Source: an uncultured delta proteobacterium
Lineage (GTDB): Bacteria; Myxococcota_A; Polyangia; Polyangiales; Houyiibacteriaceae
NCBI GenBank assembly: GCA_963699755.1
Contig: CAVOVB010000003.1
Location: 480,001 to 544,000, forward strand
DNA length: 64,000 bases
Direction: 5' to 3'
The notes under the pieces were generated by a model. The model was not told the origin of the DNA. It worked only from the letters and a program-made list of their open reading frames with translations, and ran no database searches. Positions 9,768 to 18,510 of the stretch are shown here, piece by piece; within the stretch, counting starts at the first letter, position 1, and every line of letters starts with the position of its first letter. The position numbers were made by a program, and so were the translations under genes.

Positions 9768-10367
9768 ATGCGCATCGAGATTCACCCCACGCACCCGCAG
9801 CCCCGACGGATCCAACAAGCGGTGGAAGTTCTCCGGCGTGGCGGGGTGATCGTGTATCCGACCGGCACTGTCTACGGGCTCGGCTGCGACATCCATCAGA
9901 AGAAGGCCATCGAACGCATCTATCAGATTCGGCAGCTCAAGAAGGACCACCCCCTGAGCTTCATGTGCCCGGACCTGAGCAATATCGCCCGATACGCGCA
10001 CGTCGACGATTTCGCCTACCGGATCATGAAGCGCCTCGTGCCGGGGCCGTATACCTTTGTGCTTCAGGCCAGCCGTGAGGTACCGAAGCTTCTGGTGCGC
10101 AAACAGAAGACCGTCGGGATTCGCGTGCCCGACGACAAAATCGCGCTGGCGCTCCTAAACGAGCTTGGAAGCCCGATCGTCTCGAGCTCCGCCAGCATCG
10201 GCGGCCAGATTCTCAACGACCCGGACGAGTTGAGCGCACGGTTCTCGCATGTCGATGTCGTCATCGATGGCGGCTGGGGCGGCATCGAGCCCTCGACCGT
10301 GATCGACCTCAGTGGCGACGAGGCCCAGGTCTTGCGCCAAGGCGCCGGGCCGGTCGACCTCCTCTAA
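9768..10367 (+). CDS. Sua5/YciO/YrdC family threonylcarbamoyl-AMP synthase-like protein
   Basis: 'IHPTHPQPR', 'VIVYPTGTVYGLGCD', 'PGPYTFVL', 'KTVGIRVPD', 'PSTVIDL', 'RQGAG'. Confidence 0.92.
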   Translation: MRIEIHPTHPQPRRIQQAVEVLRRGGVIVYPTGTVYGLGCDIHQKKAIERIYQIRQLKKDHPLSFMCPDLSNIARYAHVDDFAYRIMKRLVPGPYTFVLQASREVPKLLVRKQKTVGIRVPDDKIALALLNELGSPIVSSSASIGGQILNDPDELSARFSHVDVVIDGGWGGIEPSTVIDLSGDEAQVLRQGAGPVDLL

Positions 10368-10919
10368 CTAGGTCCGAATTGCGGTGTCGCGCGCTTCCGC
10401 GATGAGGCTCCGGAGAAGCTTCGTCCATTCCCTATATCGCGGAGCTTCACGCATCTGTTCGACGAGACGGTCCGCCGTCCAATCGTCGCGACCCTTGTAC
10501 TGCTTCACCGCTGCCCAGTTGGCGAGGTGCTGATCCCACTGCTCCGCGGTCCAAGAGCCCACTTCACCCGAGCTGAAAATGAAGAGATGATCGTGTGCGA
10601 GATCGGCGCCGGCGATCCAAAGGCCGGTGTTGGAAATGAAAGGTCCGAGCGACCGGATGATGAGTTTGCGCTCAGCACCACGCCCCAACGGTTCGAGGGC
10701 GCGATCGAACTGCTCCCAGCTTCGCGTCAGGGTCCGGACCCGTTCTTCGGAGATGGGCATGTGCGGCTTGAACGCGCCCGGCGCCACACGGGCGTCGTGA
10801 TCGTTGTGGATACGAACGCCGTGCCTCTCTTCGGCCTCGCGATACGCCTGGAGAGCCACTTCACGTGACGCCTCGCCGTCGAGGTGACTGAGGAAGGAGG
10901 CGATGAGGGGGCGAGTCAA
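10368..10919 (-). CDS. hypothetical protein
   Basis: 183-aa ORF filling the gap directly downstream of coaBC on the same strand; no motif recognised. Confidence 0.6.
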   Translation of the reverse strand: MTRPLIASFLSHLDGEASREVALQAYREAEERHGVRIHNDHDARVAPGAFKPHMPISEERVRTLTRSWEQFDRALEPLGRGAERKLIIRSLGPFISNTGLWIAGADLAHDHLFIFSSGEVGSWTAEQWDQHLANWAAVKQYKGRDDWTADRLVEQMREAPRYREWTKLLRSLIAEARDTAIRT

Positions 10920-10931
10920 TGTCCGTTCCAG

Positions 10932-12164
10932 TCAGTTGGGGGCTCCCCGCTCGGCCTCGTGTCGAGACTTCCGCGAGGGGTTCTTCAACAGCGTTCGCAC
11001 GCGGTCGAGGATCTGATCCGCTAGGGCGCGCTTGCTCATCTCGGGGAGCGGGGTGGCGGACGTCTCATCGACGAGCGTCGCGCGGTTGCTGTTCCCACCA
11101 AGCCCCGCGGCCGCTTCGTTGGCGACGATCAGGTCGGCAGCCTTTCGCTCGAGCTTGTTTCGCGCCGCTTGCTCGAGGTTCTCGGTTTCGAGGGCGAACC
11201 CGACCAAGACGAGAGGTCGTTGAACCCGCTTGGCGCCGACGTCAGCCAGGATGTCTGGGTTACGCACCAGCTCGAGCTTCAAGCCGCCGCCCTTCTTGAT
11301 CTTCTGCGTAGCGCGTTGCGCCGGGCGATAATCGGCGACCGCTGCGGCCATGATGGCGACGTCGAATCGATCGAAGCGGGACATCACGGCCGCGTGCATC
11401 TCCTCGGCGGAGCGCACGCGAACGACCTCCGCACCAGACGGGACGGGCAGCTCCACGGGCCCGCTCACGATCGTGACCTCGGCTCCGCGGCGAAGCGCCT
11501 GGGCGGCAATCGCGTAGCCCATGCGCCCGCTCGAACGGTTTCCGAGAAAGCGAACGGGGTCGAGGTCTTCATGGGTGGGGCCGGCGGTGATCAAGACGCG
11601 GACGCCCTCGAGATCATTCAAGTGCGTCAGGTGGGACTCGAGCGCTTCGGCGATGTCCTCGGGCTCCATCATACGGCCTTCGCCCAGCTCTCCATTGGCG
11701 AGCGGGCCGGTCACTGGGCCGAGGATGATGGCGCCGCGCTCAGTGAGCGACCGGACGTTTGACTGGGTGGCTGCGTGCGACCACATGCGCTGGTGCATCG
11801 CCGGTGCGAAAAAGACATCGCCGCGGGCGCAGGCCAAGGTCGCGAGGACCACATCGTTGGCTTGTCCGATGGCTGCGCGCGCCATGAGGTTCATCGTGGC
11901 CGGAGCAATGACGATGGCGTCGGCCCAGTCGCCGAGCTCGACGTGCACCTCACCGGCGTAGTCTTCGGCCCAGAGGTCGGTCACCGCTGGCTTTCCGGTC
12001 AAGCCCGCAAATGTAATCGGCCCTACAAACCGGCGGGACGCATCGGTCATCACCACCCGAACTTCGGCGCCGCGTCGCATGAGCTCACGAACGAGCCCCA
12101 CCGCCTTGAAGGCGGCGATTCCGCCTCCCAAGCCGACGACGATGTGCTTTCCCTGAAGGGACAT
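10932..12164 (-). CDS. coaBC: bifunctional phosphopantothenoylcysteine decarboxylase/synthetase
   Basis: 'GGIAAFK', 'IAPAT', 'PAMHQRM', 'ITAGPTHEDLDPVRFLGNRSSGRMG', 'AAAVADY', 'VGFALET'. Confidence 0.97.
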   Translation of the reverse strand: MSLQGKHIVVGLGGGIAAFKAVGLVRELMRRGAEVRVVMTDASRRFVGPITFAGLTGKPAVTDLWAEDYAGEVHVELGDWADAIVIAPATMNLMARAAIGQANDVVLATLACARGDVFFAPAMHQRMWSHAATQSNVRSLTERGAIILGPVTGPLANGELGEGRMMEPEDIAEALESHLTHLNDLEGVRVLITAGPTHEDLDPVRFLGNRSSGRMGYAIAAQALRRGAEVTIVSGPVELPVPSGAEVVRVRSAEEMHAAVMSRFDRFDVAIMAAAVADYRPAQRATQKIKKGGGLKLELVRNPDILADVGAKRVQRPLVLVGFALETENLEQAARNKLERKAADLIVANEAAAGLGGNSNRATLVDETSATPLPEMSKRALADQILDRVRTLLKNPSRKSRHEAERGAPN

Positions 12165-12258
12165 CTTCGGAGCAGTCTAGCAGGGGTGGACCTGTTTGGG
12201 CGGCCCATCTGTGGCTTTCCGGACTGAACGGAAGAGGGGTGCTGCGCAGCTCGAAAGC

Positions 12259-13512
12259 TCAGTGAATCGGCACGCCAGGGGCCGGGAACTGGTCGCAGAG
12301 CTCTTTGATCTCGCCGGCCACGCGCGAGATGAGCGCTTCGTTCTCCACGTCGTCCACGACGTCAGCCATCCAGTTGCCCAGGCGCTTCATCTCATCGGCG
12401 CCCATGCCCCGGCTGGTGATCGCCGGCGTGCCGAGGCGAATGCCACTCGGGTCGAAGGGCTTGCGGGTGTCGAATGGTACCGAGTTGTAGTTGGCCACCA
12501 TGCCAGCGCGGTCGAGGGCTTGTGCAGCCACCTTGCCTGGCACGTCCTTGCCGGTAAGGTCGATCAAGATCAGGTGATTGTCGCTCCCGCCAGTCACGAG
12601 GTCGAAGCCCCGCGAGAGCAACGCGTCCGCGAGCACGCGGGAGTTGTCGACGATCGCCCGGGCGTAGGTCTTGAACTCTTCGGTCATCGCCAGCTTGGCC
12701 GCGATGGCGATGCCAGCGGTCGTTCCGTTGTGCGGCCCACCCTGAAGGCCGGGGAAAACGGCGCGGTCGATCGCCTTCTTGTGCTCGTCGTTGCAGAGGA
12801 TCATGCCGCCCCGTGGGCCGCGAAACGTCTTGTGCGTCGTGCTGCTGATCACCTCGGCATATCCGACCGGGGAAGGGTGCGCGCCGCCAGCGACGAGCCC
12901 GGAGATGTGGGCGATGTCGGCCACGAGAATCGCCCCGACCTCTTGCGCAATCTCAGCGAACCTTCCGAAGTCGACCATTCGCGGGTACGCCGTCGCCCCA
13001 CAGAAGAGGAGCTTCGGCTTGTGCTCTCGCGCGAGGGACGCCACCTGGTCGAAATCGATGAGATGGTCTTCGCGCCGCACGCCGTACTGAATGGCGTTGA
13101 AATACTTGCCGGAAATCGAGACCTTCCAGCCGTGGGTGAGGTGGCCGCCGCTCGGCAGCCCCATGCCCATGATCGTGTCGCCCGGGTCGCAGAACGCGAA
13201 GTAGACGGCTAGGTTCGCAGGCGAGCCGGAGTAGGGCTGCACGTTCGCGTGGTCTACGCCGAACAGCGCCTTGAGGCGCTCAATCGCGAGCGTCTCGACG
13301 GCGTCGATGTTCTGTTGGCCTTCGTAGTAGCGCTTGCCGGCGTACCCCTCGGAATACTTGTTGTTGAGGACGCTGCCACAGGCCTCCATGACGGCGGTGC
13401 TCGCGTAATTCTCGCTCGGAATGAGCCGGAGCTTTTGGTGCTGGCGCCGCTCTTCATCGGCGATGCACTGGGCGATTTCGGGGTCTGCTTCCTGCAGCGG
13501 TAGGTCGGCCAT
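12259..13512 (-). CDS. glyA: serine hydroxymethyltransferase
   Basis: 'LIPSENY', 'NKYSEGYAGKRYY', 'GGHLTHG', PLP-lysine motif 'STTHKTFRGPRGG'. Confidence 0.98.
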   Translation of the reverse strand: MADLPLQEADPEIAQCIADEERRQHQKLRLIPSENYASTAVMEACGSVLNNKYSEGYAGKRYYEGQQNIDAVETLAIERLKALFGVDHANVQPYSGSPANLAVYFAFCDPGDTIMGMGLPSGGHLTHGWKVSISGKYFNAIQYGVRREDHLIDFDQVASLAREHKPKLLFCGATAYPRMVDFGRFAEIAQEVGAILVADIAHISGLVAGGAHPSPVGYAEVISSTTHKTFRGPRGGMILCNDEHKKAIDRAVFPGLQGGPHNGTTAGIAIAAKLAMTEEFKTYARAIVDNSRVLADALLSRGFDLVTGGSDNHLILIDLTGKDVPGKVAAQALDRAGMVANYNSVPFDTRKPFDPSGIRLGTPAITSRGMGADEMKRLGNWMADVVDDVENEALISRVAGEIKELCDQFPAPGVPIH

Positions 13513-13580
13513 GTTTGCTCCGTGTTGTCCTCTAAGCGGGGCCTTAGCACGTTTGTCCTATCGGTGTTATTCGGACTGCC

Positions 13581-15062
13581 GTGAGCGAGTATTTTCCGAG
13601 CCCTGAAGAGTTCGAACACCTCGGCCAGGGCGCCACGGTGGTTCCCGTGTACCGCGAGGTCATCGCCGATCGGCTCACACCTGTTCTTGCGCACGCCACC
13701 CTGGGCCAAGACGCTGGCAGCTATCTGCTCGAGAGCGTCGTCGGCGGCGAAAAGTGGGCACGCTACAGTTTCGTCGGCTTTGCACCCGAGCTGATCGTGC
13801 GGGGCGTCGCGGACAAGTTCGAACGTGTCCAGGACGGCGACGTGCACGAAGAGCTCGACGTGGACCCCTGGCAGCGGCTCCGCGAAACGCTCGCCGAATG
13901 GAAGCCACCCGAGGTCGATTGGCTTCCACGATTTTGGGGCGGTGCAGTTGGTTACGTGAGCTACGATTCGGTGCGAACCTTCGAGCCGACGGTCGGCGCG
14001 CCGCTCGAGCGCGACGACGACTGGGAGTTCTGCTTTGCAATCGGCGGGACGGTTCTGGTCTTCGACAACGTGCGTGGCACCTTACGCGTCGTCGTGCCCG
14101 CGCGCGGAGACGGTGACGCCAAGGTCGCCTATGAGCAGGCCGTCGCTCGAATCGAGGCAACGCTTGCAGCGCTCGACCATCCGATTCTGCCGCGCCGATT
14201 GCATCCGCCGAGCTCGATCGGCGAGCTGGAGCTTCCGGCGTCGTCTTTTGATCGTCCGGGCTTCTGCGCAGCGGTCGAGAAGGCCAAGGAGCACATCCGC
14301 GCCGGCGACATCTTTCAAGTCGTCCTCTCGCAACGCTTCAGAGTACCGCTCGGCGACACCGACGTCTTCGACGTCTACCGCGCCATGCGGATCATCAACC
14401 CGAGCCCGTACATGTACTTCCTTCGCTTGCCCGATCGCATCGTTGCGGGTGCGAGCCCCGAGACCCTCGTCCGCCTTGAAGACGATCAGGTTCACGTGCG
14501 CCCGATCGCAGGAACCCGACATCGCGGCCGCACCGAGGACGAGGACCGCGAAATCGAGGAAGACCTCCTCGCCGATCCCAAGGAGCGCGCGGAGCACATC
14601 ATGCTCGTTGACCTTGGCCGGAACGACGTCGGCCGGATCAGCCGGCCAGGCACCGTCCGCGTGACCGATCGAATGGTCGTTGAGCGCTACTCCCACGTCA
14701 TGCACATCGTTTCCAATGTCGTCGGCGACCTAGCCCCCGGCCGCGACGCCCTCGACGTACTCCGCGCCACCTTTCCCGCCGGCACGCTGAGCGGCGCACC
14801 GAAGGTACGCGCCATGCAGATCATCGAAGAGCTCGAGCCCGAACGCCGCGGCGTGTACGGCGGCGCCGTCGGCTACATCGGCTTTGACGGCAACATGGAC
14901 GTAGCCATCGCCATCCGGACCATCGTCGCACACCAAAACGAAATGTGGCTCCAAGCCGGCGCCGGCATCGTGGAAGCGAGCGACCCGGACAAAGAGTACG
15001 AAGAGACCGTCAACAAAGCACGGGCAGGGCTCGTTGCGGTGAAGGCGGGCCAGACGGCGTAG
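13581..15062 (+). CDS. trpE: anthranilate synthase component I
   Basis: 'YLLESV', 'GDIFQVVLSQR', 'NPSPYM', 'KERAEHIMLVDLGRND', 'TFPAGTLSGAPKVRAM'. Confidence 0.93.
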   Translation: MSEYFPSPEEFEHLGQGATVVPVYREVIADRLTPVLAHATLGQDAGSYLLESVVGGEKWARYSFVGFAPELIVRGVADKFERVQDGDVHEELDVDPWQRLRETLAEWKPPEVDWLPRFWGGAVGYVSYDSVRTFEPTVGAPLERDDDWEFCFAIGGTVLVFDNVRGTLRVVVPARGDGDAKVAYEQAVARIEATLAALDHPILPRRLHPPSSIGELELPASSFDRPGFCAAVEKAKEHIRAGDIFQVVLSQRFRVPLGDTDVFDVYRAMRIINPSPYMYFLRLPDRIVAGASPETLVRLEDDQVHVRPIAGTRHRGRTEDEDREIEEDLLADPKERAEHIMLVDLGRNDVGRISRPGTVRVTDRMVVERYSHVMHIVSNVVGDLAPGRDALDVLRATFPAGTLSGAPKVRAMQIIEELEPERRGVYGGAVGYIGFDGNMDVAIAIRTIVAHQNEMWLQAGAGIVEASDPDKEYEETVNKARAGLVAVKAGQTA

Positions 15063-15150
15063 AACTCAGTCCGCGGCGAGGCTTGGGCGGCGGTCCCTGC
15101 TCGGAAGCGCATCTGGCCAACTCGCTGCCGCGTTGCGCGGGGGGTCTGCT

Positions 15151-15363
15151 CTAGGTGCTTGGCCCTGAGGGTTTGTCTCCCTCACCCGGGCAGTAGGTGC
15201 TTGGCCCTGAGGGCTTGTCTCCCTCACCCGGGCAGTAGGTGCTTGGCTCTGAGGGCTTGTCTCCCTCACCAGGGCAGTATGCAGATGCCTCAGCGCTTCC
15301 GACAGCCGCGAATGCGAAGACGGCAGCGAGAGCGAGGGCGCGAATCAAGGTTTGTCTGGGCAT
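15151..15363 (-). CDS. small secreted Cys-containing repeat peptide
   Basis: Signal peptide ending AEASA, followed by exactly three YCPGEGDKPS(E/G)PST units; stop falls right after unit 3. Confidence 0.75.
   Translation of the reverse strand: MPRQTLIRALALAAVFAFAAVGSAEASAYCPGEGDKPSEPSTYCPGEGDKPSGPSTYCPGEGDKPSGPST
15152..15277. repeat. 3 x 42-bp tandem repeat (coding)
   Basis: Unit taggtgcttggccctgagggYttgtctccctcacccgggcag starting at 15152, 15194 and 15236. Confidence 0.95.
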
Positions 15364-15514
15364 GGGTAAAAGCTAGAGCCCTCCGCCGAGATGCACAAGC
15401 GGCATCCGGATTTGATCCTGGGCAATGCTGGGGGTTCGTCGTTTTGCGGCGCCGCAGGTCCGTTTGGGGAGCCCGGAGCTCAGGACGACATCCGAAACAA
15501 GACCCGAACCCCCA

Positions 15515-15550
15515 AAACGAAGAAACCCGGCAGCTGCAAACTACCGGGAA
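15515..15550 (-). terminator. probable intrinsic terminator after tRNA-Asp
   Basis: Minus strand: CCCGGTAG-loop-CTGCCGGG followed by TTTCTTCGTTTT. Confidence 0.6.
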
Positions 15551-15554
15551 TCAT

Positions 15555-15631
<77 letters not shown>

Positions 15632-15766
15632 AATTCCCTCAGAGCATCACCCTAGGAGTCCGGCCTTGTAGCCTGGGGGGTCAGGGCTGTCAAAGACCTG
15701 ATGTTTCAATCCATTTCGCCCGAGTCCGGGAGGCTTCTCCTATGCATTGGCACTGGCCTCCGGTCC

Positions 15767-16795
15767 TCAGATCGCCTGCGTGTTCCAGGTCGGGCGTGGG
15801 ACGCGGCGATGGCAGAGCTCATCGATGGCTCGGGGAACGACCTCGGAAGCGGGCGGCATGGCGCGGATGCGCGCGGCGAGCGCGCCGCGTGGCTTGTCGA
15901 ATTCGGCTTCGAAGCGTCGAATGACTCCGGGGGTGCAGCGATCGACTTGGGCTGCGATGCCAATGCCGGCAGCTTCCACCAGGCGTGCGTTCATTTCGTG
16001 CTCCCCGTCGTTTTCGGGGTGAAGCGCGAGCATGGGAATGCCGAGCATTGCGCACTCGGCGGGCAAATGATTACCGGCCGACCCGACTACTGCGCGACAG
16101 CGACTGAGCGCTTCGCCGAACGCGACGACGTCGGGCGAAAAAAGCTCGACCCCTGGCGGCGCGCTCCGCGGCTGACCGAAGAGCAGCACGCGGTGGCCGC
16201 GGCGAGCGAGTTGCTCGAGCGCGAGCGTTCCGTTGCCGTCGCGGAAGTAGGCGAGGATGAAGTCTTCGCGCGCACGCAGCGAGTCGGTTTCGCTGCGCAG
16301 GTCTGGGCGTGCCACGTAGGTGCCCTCAGTTCTTGGCTCCACCGGTGCAAAGTGGACGGCCACCCGCCGGCGCGCCGGCCAAGAGGAGCTCGCCACATTG
16401 GCGACTTCGCGCAGGTGTCTGTGAAAGGACAAGGCTGCCGGCAGACGCGTGTGACGCAGAACCAGACCGTGTCCCACCGCAACCACGGGGATTCCGAGTG
16501 ACTTCGCCGCGTTCACCGAAGGGCCGTCGCCGTCACTGACGACGAGATCTGGCGGCCAGCGACGAAAGCGTTCTCGGTCAGCCCGAAACCGGAGGGTAAA
16601 CGAGCGGAACATCCCCTCACCAGGCATGCAGGGCGGGATGGGCTGGACGCAGGGGAGGTCGTAGAGGGTGTTCCAGGCCTCGCCGGCGCAGAAAACCCGG
16701 GCTTCGTAGCTCCCGCCCAGAGCCTCCATGACGGCCCTCGTCCGTATCGCGTGACCCTTGCCTCGACCGTGCACGAAATATGCGATGCGAATCAT
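15767..16795 (-). CDS. GT-B fold glycosyltransferase (MJ1255/GT28-like)
   Basis: 'RIAYFVHGRGKGHAIR', 'PDLVVSDG', 'GSAGNHLPAECAMLGIP', 'EHEMNA'. Confidence 0.82.
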   Translation of the reverse strand: MIRIAYFVHGRGKGHAIRTRAVMEALGGSYEARVFCAGEAWNTLYDLPCVQPIPPCMPGEGMFRSFTLRFRADRERFRRWPPDLVVSDGDGPSVNAAKSLGIPVVAVGHGLVLRHTRLPAALSFHRHLREVANVASSSWPARRRVAVHFAPVEPRTEGTYVARPDLRSETDSLRAREDFILAYFRDGNGTLALEQLARRGHRVLLFGQPRSAPPGVELFSPDVVAFGEALSRCRAVVGSAGNHLPAECAMLGIPMLALHPENDGEHEMNARLVEAAGIGIAAQVDRCTPGVIRRFEAEFDKPRGALAARIRAMPPASEVVPRAIDELCHRRVPRPTWNTQAI

Positions 16796-17112
16796 GATGT
16801 CTGTCCACACGTACGACTGGCCGGCGGCTTCGTGACGCCCGGATCCCGCCGGAGGCTAAGTCGACGACAAGACTACAAAATTCCTGTTTGGAGGACGGAG
16901 CCTGCAGGGTTGGCCCGGTTTTCGCAAGGAGAGATGGCGGAGCGGGAGAATGTCTCCGAAAAGCCAGGGAAGGAGCCCAGAATCATGGCCAAAACGGCTG
17001 CGAGTCTGGGTTGATGTGAGGGGTTGTAGTCATCGGACGACAGCTTTTTTCACAGTGTGTGAATCTGGTTCACGGTTGACAGTCTCATCGGTGAGACAGA
17101 TGGAGGGCCTCG

Positions 17113-18498
17113 ATGTACTCGCATGAGCGACAGTGGCTACGGAAACTAGCGATTCTCAATGATTACGTACGGATCCCGTACGCAAACGGCTCGTCTTATG
17201 CTTCGCAGTTCCTGTATAGGGAAATGTCGGCCCGTGGCCACGAGGTCACGATCGTCGGCCCTGATGATCCCAACGCGCAGCCGAGCGAGCTGCCGCCGCG
17301 TCACATTTCGCTGCCAAGCATCCCGCTTCGCAACCACCCCGGCTTCTACCTCGCGATGCCGTCCCGGTCTTCGCTCGAGGCCCTCAAGGATGCCAACTTC
17401 GACATGCTGCTCGCCCAGAGTCCGAGCGGCTTGCTCTACGCCGGCGGCTGGCTTCGTCAGCAGCACGGGGTTCCGCTGGTTTGTGTCAACACGGTTCACA
17501 TGCCGAGCGTGTACAACGTCGTCCTTCCGGACGCGCTCCATCAGGTGGCCACGGTCAACCGCCTCTTCGAAGAGCGGGTCATGCCCTGGGTCGAATCGAA
17601 TACGACCGACGCCTACAACGCCGGTGACGCACTCGTCTGTCTGAGCCCCGGCCTCAAGCGCTACTGGCAAGAGCGTGGCGTAGAGGTTCCGATCCACGTG
17701 ATTCCGCGCGCCATCGAAAAGCGCATCTTCGACCAGACCGGCCAGGACGATCCCTTTGCACCCGAGACCAAGTCCGGCGCCCGGCTCCTCGTCGTCTGCC
17801 GTCATGCACGCGAGAAGGAAGTCGATCGCTTGCTTCGGATCTTCGCGCGGTACGTGTACCCACGCATTGAAGGCGCCACGCTCACCCTCGTCGGTGACGG
17901 GCCCGAGAGCGAGGCGCTCAAGGAGCTCGCGAAGGAGCTCGGCATCGACCACCGAACTTACTTCGTGGGCGAGCAGTCGCTTCTGCGGATGCCAGCCTGG
18001 TTCCGTCACGCTGACCTCTTCGTCTACACCTCCCTTTCGGAGACCTACGGGCAGGTCATCAGCGAGGCGCTCTGGTGCGGCCTCCCGGTCGTCGCGATGG
18101 ACGATGGGATGGGCGTCGCCGGCCAGGTGACCGACGGTGAAGACGGCTTCCTGATCGATCCCAGAGCCGAGGACGCAGACCGCCAGTTCGGCGGCTACGT
18201 CGAGCTGCTGCTCAGCAAGGCCACGCTTCGCCGCCAAATGTCGGAGCAGGCAACGCGAAACGCCAAGGATCGCTCCGACCCCGAGGCTTGTGTCCAGCGC
18301 TATCTCGAGGTCTTCGAGGTCGCCAAAGACCACGCCAAGCGCCATCCGGGCGGTTCGCAGCTCATCGCGTACCGAAGCCTTGCCCGCTGGGCCGGGATGC
18401 ACTCGACAGTGGCCGCGATGGGCCTGATGCGGAAGCCTGTCGAGCTCAACCGCAACCACGCGCCGACCGGCACCTGGACGTTCTCCGCGGCGTCGTGA
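17113..18498 (+). CDS. glycosyltransferase family 4 (glycolipid synthase-like)
   Basis: 'RGHEVTIVGP', 'LTLVGDGP', 'ADLFVYTSLSETYGQVISEALWCGLPVV' (E-x7-E motif). Confidence 0.9.
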   Translation: MYSHERQWLRKLAILNDYVRIPYANGSSYASQFLYREMSARGHEVTIVGPDDPNAQPSELPPRHISLPSIPLRNHPGFYLAMPSRSSLEALKDANFDMLLAQSPSGLLYAGGWLRQQHGVPLVCVNTVHMPSVYNVVLPDALHQVATVNRLFEERVMPWVESNTTDAYNAGDALVCLSPGLKRYWQERGVEVPIHVIPRAIEKRIFDQTGQDDPFAPETKSGARLLVVCRHAREKEVDRLLRIFARYVYPRIEGATLTLVGDGPESEALKELAKELGIDHRTYFVGEQSLLRMPAWFRHADLFVYTSLSETYGQVISEALWCGLPVVAMDDGMGVAGQVTDGEDGFLIDPRAEDADRQFGGYVELLLSKATLRRQMSEQATRNAKDRSDPEACVQRYLEVFEVAKDHAKRHPGGSQLIAYRSLARWAGMHSTVAAMGLMRKPVELNRNHAPTGTWTFSAAS

Positions 18499-18510
18499 CG
18501 GAAAGCACGA

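Noticed and set aside
15152..15277. Possible CRISPR array
   Set aside because: The 42-bp units are contiguous with no unique spacers, are in frame within a signal-peptide ORF, and no cas genes are present
16872..17031. Inverted GACTACAA/TTGTAGTC pair in the glycosyltransferase spacer
   Set aside because: Only 8 bp and ~150 nt apart; compatible with chance
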